A DNA stretch of 64,000 bases from Octopus vulgaris (Eukaryota): contig OX597820.1 in NCBI GenBank assembly GCA_951406725.2, forward strand, positions 123,938,001-124,002,000. The letters run 5' to 3'. Of the stretch, positions 15,290 through 27,096 are shown one piece after another. How positions within the stretch are numbered: position 1 is the first letter of the stretch; each line of letters starts with the position of its first letter. The translations under genes and the position numbers were made by a program. The notes under the pieces are model-generated. The model was not told where the DNA came from, searched no databases, and was given only the letters and a program-made list of their open reading frames with translations.

Positions 15290-15535
15290 GTGAACAGTTA
15301 CGGAGACATAAGCATACCGACATTAGTTGGCAAGCGATAAATAGAGAAAAGACAGACACAAAGACACACACCCATGTATACGTAAATACCCGCTTCCATC
15401 TACCATATCCACTCACAACGCTTAAGTCGACCCCAGGCTACAGTAAAGGGCACTTGCCGAAGGTGCCACGCAGTGGCACCGAACACTGAACCATGTAGTT
15501 AGGGAGCACGTTTCTTACCGCACAGTCACGCCTAC
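15290..15535 (-). mobile_element. SINE family A, decayed
   Basis: cacttgccgaaggtgccacgcagtggcaccgaac matches the family A head in reverse orientation. Confidence 0.8.
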
Positions 15536-15603
15536 GTACGAGCGTATGTGAGTGTGTGTGTGTCGGAGAAAAGCTTACAAATCATCAGTGACTCACAAAA
15601 AAC

Positions 15604-15642
15604 GTTAGATGCATTCCAGACTTCTTGGGCATCATCAGTGAC
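15604..15642 (-). ncRNA. Decayed hammerhead-like motif
   Basis: GUCA CUGAUGA UGCCC..CU GGAA UGCA UC UAAC; palindromic UGCA loop, several mismatches. Confidence 0.35.
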
Positions 15643-15714
15643 ATTTCCACATGACGGAACCATAGTCTCCCGCGCACGTGCATCTTCTAAACAGTAATGA
15701 CAAGAACGACGAAG

Positions 15715-15752
15715 GCGATGATGATGAGACTGTTGAAAATGATGACGACGAC

Positions 15753-15789
<37 letters not shown>

Positions 15790-15800
15790 TGGACCATGAT
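15715..15800. repeat. (GAT)n/(GAC)n trinucleotide microsatellite
   Basis: Direct reading. Confidence 0.9.
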
Positions 15801-16608
15801 GTAATAGTGATAGTAATGTTAATGATGGTGATTATGATTATGGTCTGGGTGTAAACGAAATATGAAAAAATTATGTTATCACTGATAGCAAAATAGCATT
15901 TAAATAATTATTCAATTGATACATAATAGAAATCATTATATTACAAAGAGTTCACCTAGATTATATGAGGATTGGAAAACATAAAACGCTGATTTGAAAG
16001 TATAATGACAATAAATGTAAACATTTATTGTGCCTAAATACACCGTGACCTCTATACATAAGTTGTATTTTTCACAAGTATCTACCAATACTTCTTTAAT
16101 AAAATTACAAATTTCGTCCCCTATTTATGCGTCCCCATGAAAATTGAATCCAAATCCTATAGCTACATGTTTATTTTCACCTCAACCAGTCCCAATTTAT
16201 TCAGTGTTATATACAAAGTAATCAAAATTTCAAATGGTATCTGAAAGTCTCCTAGAAACCACAGAAATCGGGATACATTTCAGCAAACAATCACCCCTTT
16301 TGAGTAGACTTTTATGTTCAAATACATGACTTAAAACATGAATGCAGGTGATTCTAATTAGTTACCATTGACCAAGGCTAATAATGGGCAAAATATATCA
16401 TAGTCATTTATGCTGTCGAATTTGCATTTGTTGGCATTAGAAAGTCACGTTTTATGGTGTACATTGTTTAGTTTGTAACATAATAAAGTAGAATACACGA
16501 GACAGCAACCCTATTTTTGATGTTCTTGAACTCCACAACAGAATTCAAATTACAGACACAAAAATCATATATGTTTATTGTCCATTAATGGAAAAATATA
16601 TTAAATAG

Positions 16609-16916
16609 ACAGCGTGGAAGGTGTTTGTAAGCCATTTAAGAAACACACAAAAGCCGTTCGATTCACTTCAACATTTAAGTTTAATTTGTCAAAATATTTT
16701 CGTCGCTAAAAAGATGCAGCACGGATTTTTGTCAGCGAACAGGTCGCGGATTTTAGCGACGAAAATATTTTGACAAATTAAACTTAAATGTTGGAGTGAA
16801 TCGAACGGCTTTTGTGTGTTTCTTAAATGGCTTACAAACACCTTCCACGCTGCAATTGTTTTCGTTCCAGCACACGATCTCAGATCAAATCACTTGCTAT
16901 GAGAGTACATCTCCGT
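16609..16916 (+). mobile_element. Young 308-bp fold-back retroelement with HHR and 14-bp TSD
   Basis: 102-bp arms 16610-16711 and 16751-16852 with one mismatch seen; TSD aatatattaaatag at 16595-16608 and 16917-16930. Confidence 0.9.
16728..16777 (+). ncRNA. Variant hammerhead ribozyme with G3-C8 core pair
   Basis: UUUGUCA GCGAACA G GUCGC GGAUUUUA GCGAC GAAA AUAU UU UGACAAA: 7-bp stem I, 5-bp stem II, palindromic AAUAUU stem III; position 4 is C. Confidence 0.7.
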
Positions 16917-17644
16917 AATATATTAAATAGTTTAGGCTGCAACAGTATTGCATAGCAATATTTTTCATGAACACAATTAATTTCTTACAATATGATATAG
17001 CAATCTAAAATGTTCATTGAGAGTTACGTGCTTTTGCTTTTGGTCATACTTTCGGCAAATCAATCATTTGCAATGCAGCTATTAATCTAGGAAAACCTGC
17101 TAGTAAAACACTTTAAGGGAAACTTCTGAAGTGTTTATGTTTTTAAAAGAAACGCAGACAATTAAACGGATCCTACGCTCTGGAAATTAAAAGTAACACT
17201 CTAATACATTTCAATCGTTGTCCTGTCACACGAAATAAACGATTGCCAATCTTTCCTTTGTTAGTGTGATGAAAAAAAAAACTAAGTCAGTCAGGCATTT
17301 TTATCACAACAGAAGATTGCTGCTGTCTATGTTATTATAGATGTGACCCAACGTTCAGAACTTAAATATAATCAAGAGAAATTATAATATTTGGAATTCT
17401 ATTGGAAAGTCTGAGCTACCACACGAACAAGTCGACTTCCATATCATAGCCTGCACACCCAGTTTATTACGCCTGTAACCGCTGTTAGTAATTTCTTTTT
17501 GTTTCATAATGCTATTCCTTAAGTATATAGAGTAGTACCTCGGTTTACGAACGCCACTGATTACGAATAAATCGTGATCTATACATAACTATCTCCCCAT
17601 CTCTCTCTCTCTCCATATATATATATATATAATTTTAATTTATC

Positions 17645-17759
17645 GCTTACAGAACCTAGGCTTCCCTAGAGGTCACCCCATCTAAGTACTCACTAGGCTT
17701 GACGTTGCTTAACTTCGTTGATCGAACGAGCACCGGGGCTTTCAACGTGATATGGTCGT
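17645..17759 (-). pseudogene. 5S rRNA-derived copy (divergent pseudogene or 5S-SINE head)
   Basis: Minus strand acgaccatatcacgttgaaagccccggtgctcgttcgatcaacgaagttaagcaacg...agtacttagatggggtgacc...tgtaagc; boxes A and C recognisable; first ~4 nt missing, no oligo-T terminator. Confidence 0.9.
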
Positions 17760-17897
17760 CTGACGAGATGCCGGAGCAGACTTCCCTCTCGACATCCAAA
17801 ACTCGGAGTGTTATTATGGCAACCGAATATCACATATTATATTACACATAAATTCCTCTACATAATATCAAGGTCTCATTCATTCTTTTGCTGCCAT
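17760..17897 (+). mobile_element. PLE-type 3' fragment starting at a decayed HHR core; same family as 50485-50650
   Basis: CUGACGA GAUGCCG..CGACAUC C AAAA CUCGGAG UG; the tail matches the reverse complement of 50500-50590. Confidence 0.6.
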
Positions 17898-17904
17898 CTG
17901 TCTA

Positions 17905-17961
<57 letters not shown>

Positions 17962-17967
17962 GTCTTC

Positions 17968-18150
17968 CATGCACGGACGACGTCACCGTCAAAGTGTCTA
18001 GCCACGAGCACATCGAGCTGGTCAGTGAGACACTAAAAGACTACGAAGCGGTGACAGGAGCGAAAATTAACCGGGAAAAGTCAGTGGGCTTCCGGCTCGG
18101 CACCTGGAAAAGCAAGCCCATGCCGTCCACCAGCGCTCCCGTCATGGAAT
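17968..18150 (+). mobile_element. Non-LTR retrotransposon (L1/Tx1-like) RT fragment
   Basis: CTDDVTVKV...LKDYEAVTGAKINREKS matches YADD...SGAKINxxKS. Confidence 0.8.
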
Positions 18151-18490
18151 GAAAGGCAAAGTCAAACTTAGCAGGATTTCAACTCAGAACGTAACGAACA
18201 AGAAATATTACTTTCTTTTCTTACCGACACATTCTATCAGCTGCCGGCCTATATGTGTTGTCTAGGAATGGCTTTGATTTACAGATAAAACAGAAAATAA
18301 AGGTAAGGGGCAAAAGGATATTATCGTCCTCAAAATTTGACTTGTACCTTATTTTATCGATACAGAAATGATGAAAAGTAAAGTTGTATTTTCTGAGATC
18401 TGATTTCGAAACATAACAGGTCGAAATCGGTCTTGCAAAGCATTTTCTTCGACACACTAAGATAACGACTGTGCCACCTTGCTGCCTTAC
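18150..18490 (-). mobile_element. Two decayed SINE family B fragments
   Basis: atgaaaggcaaagtc...gaactcagaacgtaac-like cores at ~18150 and ~18370. Confidence 0.65.
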
Positions 18491-18749
18491 ACAATACGTA
18501 ATAATGAATGCATAAGTTTGTTTAGATAAATATCTTGGCTGTTACCGAACCGACACATGGTAATCCAATCGAAAGAAATATCTGTCATACGTACATATCA
18601 AGAACTTTACACAATGAAGTTTGTACATGCTGCCGATATACCATGTAAACATGGTATATAAAACCAAACTATATGATTCTAGAAAAATGTAACCATTTGC
18701 CTATAGTTAACTATCTTCAAATTATTTCTGTAGAATTTCAAACGAGAAC

Positions 18750-18752
18750 TCT

Positions 18753-18786
<34 letters not shown>

Positions 18787-19247
18787 GAGAATGTGTATAT
18801 CTGTCTGTCTGTGTGTTTCCCTAAAACCTGAGAACTACACAACCAATTTTATTCAAATTTTACACTTGCCTTACTTAAGGTCTGGGGAGTGTCATCGGCC
18901 AAAAATTTTAACTTTTTCCCTAGGGCGACCCCACAGCAATATCATATCTTCTCCACTATTTCAGTATTACGTGTTAAAAGTGAAACAAAAACATCTCTCT
19001 ATTGTAATGCAGACATTCACTTTAATACTGAAACTATTAAAGTGAAAGTATTATATAACAGAGATGAACCATTAACAGTGGTCATCCATTTTGCTAAAAG
19101 AAGATCCGCTCTTGTCTTATATGATACACCACTGGTTTTCAATTCATGTTAATCAAATTAATATTCAATTGTTCACCCTTATTATGTGTGTGTGTATTAG
19201 CAATTCGTATAAAATTACATCAATGATTTGAACTTGGATAAATGGTT

Positions 19248-19250
<3 letters not shown>
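18750..19250 (+). mobile_element. Helitron-like non-autonomous 5' portion
   Basis: tc(ta)n aaaa..gagaatgtg..ctgtctgtctg start resembles the 31260 Helitron; no CTAG end seen. Confidence 0.45.
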
Positions 19251-19286
<36 letters not shown>

Positions 19287-19289
<3 letters not shown>

Positions 19290-19474
19290 AGAGTTTACGA
19301 AAAGCCAAAAGACGAAGACATGTGGTGTACAAAACAAACAGATGTATTAGTATAAGGCTCAGGAATAGAAAAGTCTTTTACGTTTCGAACCTACTCTCTT
19401 CTACAGAAAAGGGACACAAAAAACAAGGAGAGAAAAAATGTGTGTCGGGGCTAACGATCTATCATGGCAACTAG

Positions 19475-19475
<1 letters not shown>
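19287..19475 (-). mobile_element. Short PLE-type element inside (TA)n with decayed HHR (19375-19410)
   Basis: UUUU CUGUAGAA GAGA GUAG GUUC GAAA CG UA AAAG; (TA)n on both sides; architecture like 48000-48197. Confidence 0.55.
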
Positions 19476-19551
<76 letters not shown>

Positions 19552-19564
19552 CATGTATATATAT

Positions 19565-20176
19565 AGTTTTCCACAAACCACACCACACCATCACCTTTTT
19601 GCTGTCTTGCTGTTTGGATGGATCCATCCAATGTGGATTACCTCGAGACCAGTATAGAAGATTATGTCTGTTGACCTCACCAATTACATAAAACGTAGCT
19701 TTGTCACTGAACAACAATGTTTTTCGCAAAATTGATATTTTCATCCAATTTATCTGAAAACCATTCGCACCTCTACATTCGTCTATCAGGGTCGTCTTCA
19801 TTTAAGTGATGCAATATCTGTTGGTTGTATCGATGAAACTTCTCTTGATCAATTTCCCGACGGCAGTAAAAAAAATTAGGTTACCTATAAGGGTATCGAA
19901 GATTAAATTCTTTCGCAATTTTGCGATACGACCATCCCTCTCGTCCACTTAATAATACTAACTCTTCTTTAGACAGATCCATCATTCGATCTGGAATTTT
20001 TTCTTCTTTAGACAGAGTCATCATTCGATCATCTGTAGAAAAAATAACAAATAAATTGAGAAAAGTAAATTATTTTTTTATTTAATTTAAACAAAAGTAA
20101 AAAAGGAAAATTATTATTTCTTATATTTGTTTAAGTTATGATTTTATTCCATGTACCCAGACTTCGTGGACACCCT
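19565..20176 (-). mobile_element. Tc1/mariner-superfamily transposon 5' half
   Basis: [29 protein letters not shown]...KKVMVWCGL; TIR-like agggtgtccacgaagtctgggtaca. Confidence 0.85.
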
Positions 20177-20205
20177 AAAATTGCTTTGATTAAAACCCTT
20201 TCAAC

Positions 20206-20500
20206 ATGGAACTATCCAAGGAGCATTTAAGGCACTTATAATTCTTTATGAGTACAATAAAAGTAACTCTGCAGCCGAAGTGACTCGAAACATACACTCA
20301 GTTTATGAGAAGGTGCTTGAATGAAAGAACTTGCAGGAGATCGTTTGCAAAATTTAAGATGAAGATCGAAGTGGATGTCCAGTTGAGTTTGATGATAAGC
20401 TCCTTGAGGCATTACTTGAAGAAAATCCGTCATTATCAGTTGAAGAATTGGCAATAAAGCTTACTTCAAACCATACAACAGTTCATCGTTATCTTCAACA
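20206..20500 (+). mobile_element. mariner transposase N-terminal fragment
   Basis: Manual translation across frameshifts: MELSKEHLRH..ILYEYNKSNSAAEVTRNI..DEDRSGCPVEFDDKLLEALLEENPSLSVEELA..NHTTVHRYL. Confidence 0.8.
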
Positions 20501-21329
20501 AGCGTTGTCTTTAGATCGGCTGGACACACCCTAACACAGGGAATAATGCATTTACTGAAGACAAAAGGATAAAAAAAACATTAGATGGAATAACTTTTTG
20601 AATAAAAATCTATTATTGAGTGCTCAAGAAGTTAAGGCATATAAGGTTATAGAAACAGGATTACGTAACTCCTGTTTAATCACATTTTATCTGTGTTTTT
20701 AAACATTCTTTAGCTGTAGATCAGTACTGAATTTTATTACACATGAATAGGTGTATAACGTTAATGATGGATATTTTATATCTCAAGTCTTGAGAGCACG
20801 GTTTCAGAAAATGACTTCAAGATGTTTAATTCAAGAAAGATTAATTAGATTGTAGAAAACCTTGAAATAAAATGCTAATAAAGTATAACACAATAGAAAC
20901 AAGAGAGTTAATAATTAATGTGTAGAAATAATCCTGATGGGAAGAGCAATTAATGAACTATGATCCCTTTGTTCGAAGAAAGCGAAAAGTAAATTGAGAA
21001 ACTCTAGAAAGGTTTGTATCTTGAGTTGGCATTAACTAGTAATTGATCTTTATGGATCACTAGTGTGTCATGTAATCACATCCTAGCGAACGTATTTATA
21101 TGGATGTTTAACCCTTCAAGTCATTTAATAGCTGATGATATACATCATACAGTTTAAATGATTGCTGCGATAATTATTGAATGCAACAGAAGGCGGCGCT
21201 GATATTAGATTACAGGAAGTATTTAAAATGACAGGTTGTGCCGAAAATAATTAAATGATTGTCAAAAATTAAGTACGCTATTATAATACAAATCTGTAAT
21301 TATGTTAAACCCTTAGGTGTCGGTGGATT

Positions 21330-22000
21330 TAGCAGAACCAATAGCACTGGTATATGATAGAGACAAATGCAATGGCGTATTCAGTTACTTTTGTCTTAAC
21401 TATGAGAACACATTCCGCAGACGTTACCATTGGTTATGTTATATTGCTTATCATTTGTATGATATAATCTCGAACCAAAGTAAATTATATTACAGTCTAT
21501 CCAATTCTGTGCGGAACTGGTCGCCATCCAGCACAGCCAGATATACGATGATGTTTATTTACTTTTCAAGGCTGAAAGTCAGGCGAACCGATAGATGACG
21601 TAACTACGTCGCTCCTTATGCCACGATCCATGTCTAAAATGCAAGCATAGTGAGAGCAGAGATGCCAAAACTAATTCGCGGTAAAGAGGCCTGCGAAGAT
21701 GGATATATATATTTTATAACTCCCGTAAACAACCACGCAATTTAGAAGTGATTCTCTTATCGGTGTGGAAACGAAAGCAAAAAGATTAGCATTGCTTGAA
21801 AAAACGCTCATTTATTACGGGTGTCGTATTAAAAATCATTGAAGGTCTTTCCGGCATGAAGAATTAATGAGGTTTAAGACAAAAGGGGACAGTGAATTGA
21901 AACAACACAAGTAAAAACAGCATGTCCCGGATGTTGCTGATTTGACATCACCAATAGCTGCAACACTGGATAGAGATTCAATTATGGTTGAAAATGGAAC
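21330..22000 (+). mobile_element. Possible very old hAT transposase remnant
   Basis: FRHEELMRFKTKGDSELKQH...ADLTSP resembles the GNFxELL...GDxxLxxHL...YTSP block of hAT/ZMYM-type transposases; upstream RRRYHWLCY. Confidence 0.35.
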
Positions 22001-23861
22001 TAGAAATGGTAGAAATCAAAGTTCTTTCGTCTTGCAACGATGGAGAGAAAATGGAGGTCGGAGCGAAGTGACACATTGTCGATAGATAAAGAGAAACAAA
22101 AACAATATCCCAAAAAAGTGTAGTAAAATAGACAAGTTGGGCCCTTTACAGAGCAGAATGTTTATGGATGAATGAGTAAGTAACATTGCATGAAAAGACA
22201 CAAAGCTTGAAGCTCTGAGATGTAAAAAATATTAACTATTCACTGTATGAGGAGAACGACTTACAATTAGTTTTCAAGAGAGAGGCGAGCGCGAGTATGT
22301 TAAACAAGCAGCAATAATCTAAAGCACAATGCAGTAATCATGGCCAGAGGAATTCGCCCTAGCGCGAAGTACTCACAGGCACTGCTTAGTGCAAATGCGT
22401 TACATATATTACGATAATATTCTGAACCAAAGTAATCCCGATGGCGAATTTGTAATGCGACATCTTCAATTGATAGAATGAAGTGTCAGTCAAGAGCTCG
22501 GACTGATAATGTCGACTATTGTTACCTTAACAAAATCTGCTTATGTTGCACCTATAAAAATATTATGGTTGTAAATTAGCAGGTTGTATGTCCGAAAAAT
22601 AACTTACATATATTTTTTTCTGGCTCTGTACCTTCTGATTTCAAATGTCACTGGGGTCAAGAAAGACAGCATAAATATTGGTATATTTGGTATCAATTAG
22701 CGTCCACTAATGTTGTTGATTCTTGGATGAAATTGTAAATAAATATGAGAATCACCTTCATAAATAGTTGTAATAGAAGAAGCTACAATATTAACAAATA
22801 AGATATCAAAACATATTCAAGTAAAAAAACACTATCACAAACATATCACTCCAGAATAAATATCTGTATTATTTATATTTGATGCGTTACATCTTTTAGC
22901 TTTCACAACACACACATTCTATATGTGTGTCTGTGTATTGACATGCAAAAAACACTTCTGAATTAATAATCGGGTATTCTACCAGCAGTATATTGGATAG
23001 TTATTATCCCTTAGTTGGTTGGATTCCCAACATCTAAACCTCATATATATATTGGGGTATGTGCAATATCTATATTTTCCATTATGAAGCACTTGTTTAT
23101 GGTATTGTCCAATTCCTTGTTTAGGCAGCTTAACATTTCTAAAATGTTTTGTTCCATGAAATACTTTGTTCAATTAGCACAGGGATACATTTGTATAGAT
23201 ATAGTACTTCAAATCTGACAGAAACACGACAACAATTACATGTTCACTTTAATTTGATATTTTCGGTAAGGTTTTCTTATATTTTCTTGAAGGCCACCCT
23301 AATCAGATTCTCTTACTTCATTCATGATACAATGTCACAACTAAGCAGGGTATAATGAATTGTAAACTGCTTCAATAAAAATGTGGCTGCGTCGAAGGTA
23401 ATCTTCGCTCACCTAACTTTCTGAGAGGAACTGAAGGGAACCAAGACAAATATTGTAGTTGGCGTACTGAATACCCCAGAACAGAGCAATAACAGACATT
23501 AAAATAATCGACATAGACATCGATGGCAGAAGATCTTAAGAAATATTTATGTTTATACGTATATAGATATGTTTAGTCGCAGCTTGTAAGTAACATATTT
23601 CTCTTTAAAACAAGCAGGCATCTAGTATTTTATTGTTTGATTTTGTTGCTTGGTAAATATGATTATATTTTAGAATGTAATACTAAGAGGTTACAACTCT
23701 GGCAGTTCAAACATGAAAGTAATTAATAGCTGGTCACTTATTGAAATTATCGTGATCGCTTAAAGTATATTGTATATGATATCAGAGTCGATATAAAGTA
23801 GTTCTATGAATGTTATATAATGCACGAGAATGTATACATACTTCACTCTGTGAAACGTATA

Positions 23862-24277
23862 TATTTCTTTACTACCCACAAGGGGCTAAACATAGAGGGG
23901 ACAAACAAGCACAGACAAAGGGATTAAGTCGATTACATCGACGCCAGTGCAAAACTGGTACTTTATTTATCGACCTCGAAAGGATGAAAGGCAAAGTCGA
24001 CCTCGGCGGAATTAGAACTCAGAACATAGCAGCAGACGAAATACCTATTTCTTTTTTACCCACAGGGGGCTAAACACAGAGGGGACAAACAAGGACAGAC
24101 ATAGGTATTAAGTCGATTACATCGACCCCAGTGCGAAACTGGTACTTTATTTATCGACCCCGAAAGTATGAAAGGCAAAGTCGACCTCGGCGTAATTTGA
24201 ACTCAGAACGTAACGACAGACGAAATACGGCTACGCATTTCGCCCGGCGTGCTAACGTTTCTGCCAGCTCGCCTCCT
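23862..24277 (-). mobile_element. Two adjacent family B SINEs (5'-truncated + full)
   Basis: Tail tatttctt..acccaca..ggggctaaac at ~23862 and ~24046; head ends gccagctcgcctcct. Confidence 0.9.
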
Positions 24278-25120
24278 CACTGTGCAATGTATATTTAGCA
24301 GAGATGTTAAACCGTTCTAAAAAGTTGTAGGAAGAATTTAAAGTTGACAGATGCATGAGATCACCGTGTAAAATAGTTTTACCATATTTGGTACTGCTGG
24401 TGGCCTTACGATTTCAAATAGCGTTGAAGTTAACTTCGCCTTTCTTTCTTGAAAACTCGATTAAATACACTACTATTGCTGGGTTGTGTAGTATCTGAAT
24501 TGATCGAGTGTTGAACAAAAGATTTTCTTGCATATGTTTCGGATCCTTATATTCTCACTGTTCAAGTGTGTTGAACTGGCCTGAATAAAAGCGGCTAATG
24601 CTGAATTGTGAAAAATGCTCGAAGAATGGCAATCAAAACATATCTTATTTTCTAAAGAATATTCGATGACAAGGACCCATGTTGCTAAGGAAATTGCCAT
24701 ACTTAGTTGGTGGAGCTTAGAAGATATTAAAGAGAAAAAAATACCATTCATTTCTAAAACAGCACGATCGCAATTTCGAACGTGTTTCGTTTTATCTCAT
24801 CCAGTCAGATAATGTCATTCAATAATAAAATGACTTCTGACGTCGAATAATCGTCAGGTTATTTCAGTTATTCCTATATATACTGATTGACAGGATGTAT
24901 TTATAAATCAAACCAAAAATACATCTTACCTTCAAATGCTTGTATCCAATGCTCAATCGTAAATAAGCAATGTTGGTTCCAATACTAATCAACAGGCCTA
25001 CAAACACACGCACACACACACACACACATACACACACACACTCACTCACACACACATGTGTGTGTGTATTATACATGTGTGTATGTATGTATACATATAT
25101 ATGTATATATGTGCACATAC

Positions 25121-26055
25121 TTATAGGCTTGACCAAAATTATGGAGCAGGTATGAAAAAATGATTGAAACGATGATTGAAACTCATTTACTTAAAAATTG
25201 AGAGCAGTTTGATAGATAGTCTGGAGTCAACAATAATTGGTATTCGATGTGTCCTGCTTTTGCTTTTAAAGCCGCTTTTATGCGTTTTTGGAAACTTGAG
25301 ACTCAGTTGGCGCAAGTGTCTGGGTCAATTTATGTTACTCATTGTTTGACACTAAAGTTTTCGCTATTTGTTTCAGTGAATATCTTATTAACTTATCTGT
25401 GGCTAATTCTTGTTGCAAATTTCTCCAAAGAAATAGATTCCTGAAGCTCAAATGATTCAAATCATAGCATTATCTAGTGAATGATTCTCCCAAGATGAAA
25501 TTGCAAAAAATGCTCGAGAAAAGCTGTCCAATCAACCATCAAAAGTTTCAATGAGACCAAATTCTTCCATAAACTGTAGAGGTCCAGGTTGCAAAAAGTG
25601 TACAACTGGTTGCTGAAGAGGAGAACATCTCTGGCCAAGAGGAAAAAGTCCTATTCTGACAGGACTGCTGAGTTTCAGGTGGCAACAAACAAGAATGTAT
25701 AAACTGGTACCGTGAGAAGATTAATAGAAACTGGCTGAAAGGATGTAAAACCAGAGGTAAACAAGAAGGAGCGATTGTCTTGGACAAAAGAGCATGACAA
25801 TTGATCTGATGATAATTGGGCTAAAGTTGTTTGGTTTGATTAAACTAACTTTGAGGTAGGTTGTCCACATTCATTTCCACCACTTCCCTGGGCATAACTG
25901 AAATTCTTGCTTTTGTACAAATTCTTTATTGGATACACAGAATTATCAGAAACTTTTTTGTCTCCTCAGAATCTTGAAAGCCCTGGAGCTGCTTTTGTTC
26001 GCAGTAGAATTGGGGAAGCCTATCTTCCTGGATGTGTGGTCCCAACAGTCAAAAT
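25121..26055 (+). mobile_element. Rearranged Tc1-like element with an intron-containing transposase (duplicate at 34289-35223)
   Basis: TIR-like ggcttgaccaaaattatgga; antisense C-terminus FQKRIKAALKAKAGHIEY; sense NWAKVVWFD*TNFE[intron]NLESPGAAFVRSRIGEAYLPGCVVPTVK. Confidence 0.8.
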
Positions 26056-26269
26056 ATCTGTACATATCAGTACTAGGGGCCAAAACGATTACATTGTTTC
26101 CTTATGTTATATTTGTGGCAGAATGAATTTAGAGAATAATGCATATCTTGGTAAACCTACTTTAATTTATTTGTCGGATTCATAAATACAACAAGGAAAC
26201 AATGTTATTATTTTGATTTCGAGTACTGCTATGATAAAAGGGTTTATCCTATATGTTGGAATTCTATAT

Positions 26270-26371
26270 GGTCATCTATAGCTGATGAGAGCATTCTTTT
26301 CAAACTGATGTAATGTTTTCCATTATCGATGAAATGGTGACGCTCGAAACGTCCGTAATGAATTTATAACC
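26270..26371 (+). ncRNA. Hammerhead motif with long loop II, stem I damaged (duplicate at 35439-35540)
   Basis: CUGAUGA GAGC..(49 nt)..GCUC GAAA C GUCC G UA; proximal stem I pairing missing. Confidence 0.55.
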
Positions 26372-26543
26372 GTATATTCCTGTTACTTAATTACTCTTCA
26401 ACTATCTTCGACCTGATGGGGCTATACTGAACTGGTTTGGTGCCGCAATTCAACTGAAGCTTGACTATATTATATTATATTATATTATGTTATATTATAT
26501 TACATTATATTATATTACATTACATTATATTATATTATATTAC

Positions 26544-26574
<31 letters not shown>

Positions 26575-27096
26575 AATATATATAAGCTGCTATCTTTCAG
26601 TTATTAATCTGGAATGTTCTCTCTCGGAGATAGAGCGCAATTTGTTTCCAAATTACGCAAGGAAATGTACTTCCATACTTCAAAAATAATTTGTGTAGAA
26701 ATCGAAATCACCCTTGATAATTTAAAATTTTAAAGTCTGTCTGTATGTTCTGAAGTATGAAATATGCAACAATATTGATTAAATCTGAAATATTTTATAT
26801 TAATTATTAAAGTTGATGACATATTTAAGATGACATTAATCTCAAATCAGGAACAGAATTTAGGAACACCACTAGAGCATGTAGTTTGTTACGTATTAGC
26901 ACCCATAGCACTAACATATATGCTTGACCTTATACATATTTTCTAGAATATAAGCTTAATAATAATAATATATTCTGTAACGTATGTTCGATTTCCACAT
27001 TCATTTATATTTGTGAGGCCAATAGCGTTCGCAAGAAAGAAATAAAGTAAAATTCCTGCATCCCGAAAACGTTGCAGTAATATGAGTAGATAACCT

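Noticed and set aside
17530-17580. Tigger-like TIR fragment gtagtacctcggtttacgaa
   Set aside because: Single short end with no partner; too little to call an element.
17645-17759. Functional 5S rRNA gene
   Set aside because: 5' end missing, no oligo-T terminator, not in a tandem array.
22950-23500. Overlapping short ORFs
   Set aside because: No recognisable domain in the frames examined.
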